A stretch of 24,000 nt of DNA from Candidatus Saccharimonadota bacterium (GTDB taxonomy: Bacteria; Patescibacteriota; Saccharimonadia; Saccharimonadales; JACQNP01), in contig JAGQNP010000005.1 of assembly GCA_020428005.1 (NCBI GenBank), positions 1 through 24,000 of the forward strand, read 5' to 3'. Within the stretch, counting starts at the first letter, position 1; each line of letters opens with the position of its first letter. Shown here in pieces: positions 23,779-24,000 of this stretch. The notes beneath the pieces are model-generated. The model worked only from the letters and a program-made list of their open reading frames with translations. It was not told where the DNA came from and searched no databases. A program made the position numbers and the translations under genes.

Positions 23779-24000
23779 TCATGCAACATGAAAAATAAAT
23801 AGTGCTAAAAAGGCCATAAAATTTTTAATCATGTGAAGCCCGATTGCTGGATAAATACTTCCTGTTTTCTCCCTAAGATATATAAGAACCCATGACAAAA
23901 TAAAGGTATCTATTGCCGCAGCCCATAGTAAGGGCGCATCGCCACCCCACTGAAGATGAGCTGCAGCAAAAATTATGCTTGTTATCATACCCGACCACAG
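23779..24000 (-). CDS. CPBP family intramembrane metalloprotease (CAAX protease/Abi-like), 3' part; the gene continues beyond the window
   Basis: The frame is open to position 24000 (LWSGMITS...). It contains CPBP motif 2 (IIFAAAHL) and motif 3 (GLHMIKNF) within hydrophobic helices. TGA stop at 23781..23779. Confidence 0.8.
   Translation of the reverse strand: MWSGMITSIIFAAAHLQWGGDAPLLWAAAIDTFILSWVLIYLREKTGSIYPAIGLHMIKNFMAFLALFIFHVA

Noticed and set aside
1-24000. Alternative genetic code (UGA recoded, as in some CPR lineages)
   Set aside because: Full-length conserved proteins (SecA, ProRS, LysRS, SerRS) are obtained with the standard code. TGA sits at sensible gene ends, for example the lysA-like stop at 14768..14766, the CPBP stop at 23781..23779, and the ATGA junctions.
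1-24000. Mobile element, prophage or genomic island
   Set aside because: There is no integrase, transposase, phage structural gene, tRNA attachment site or flanking direct repeat. Composition is uniform apart from the Pro/Gln tract. Gene content is mostly core housekeeping.

Overview
The window is AT-rich and tightly packed, and every gene but one lies on the minus strand. Many neighbouring genes overlap by 1-8 nt, several as ATGA stop/start junctions. The gene content looks like the housekeeping core of a reduced-genome monoderm. I infer a Patescibacteria/CPR bacterium, possibly Saccharibacteria-like; I could not search to confirm this. The standard genetic code applies, since TGA and TAG are both used as stops. 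Confident calls are secA, hpf, serS, rsmE, msrA, a lysA-like PLP decarboxylase, a MacB-type ABC ATPase/permease pair, an EamA/DMT transporter, lysS, greA, proS, an M16 peptidase (HxxEH), a Cas4-like PD-(D/E)XK nuclease, and the 3' part of a CPBP protease gene. I saw no rRNA, tRNA, CRISPR array, transposase or integrase. Findings worth a second look, in rough order of interest: (1) A heliorhodopsin-family 7TM protein whose retinal Schiff-base lysine appears replaced by Arg and its counterion Glu by Asp; it carries a poly-basic N-terminal tail and sits next to msrA. (2) A LysRS with about 135 extra C-terminal residues that look like a DUF2000 (peptidyl-tRNA-hydrolase-2-like) domain, translationally coupled to a small HEAT-like ORF. 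(3) A tandemly duplicated two-gene module: a DUF4352-type surface protein plus a small 3-TM protein ending in GDDDS[WY]. (4) A possible terminator/antiterminator arrangement upstream of proS. All family assignments rest on motif recognition from memory; no searches were run.
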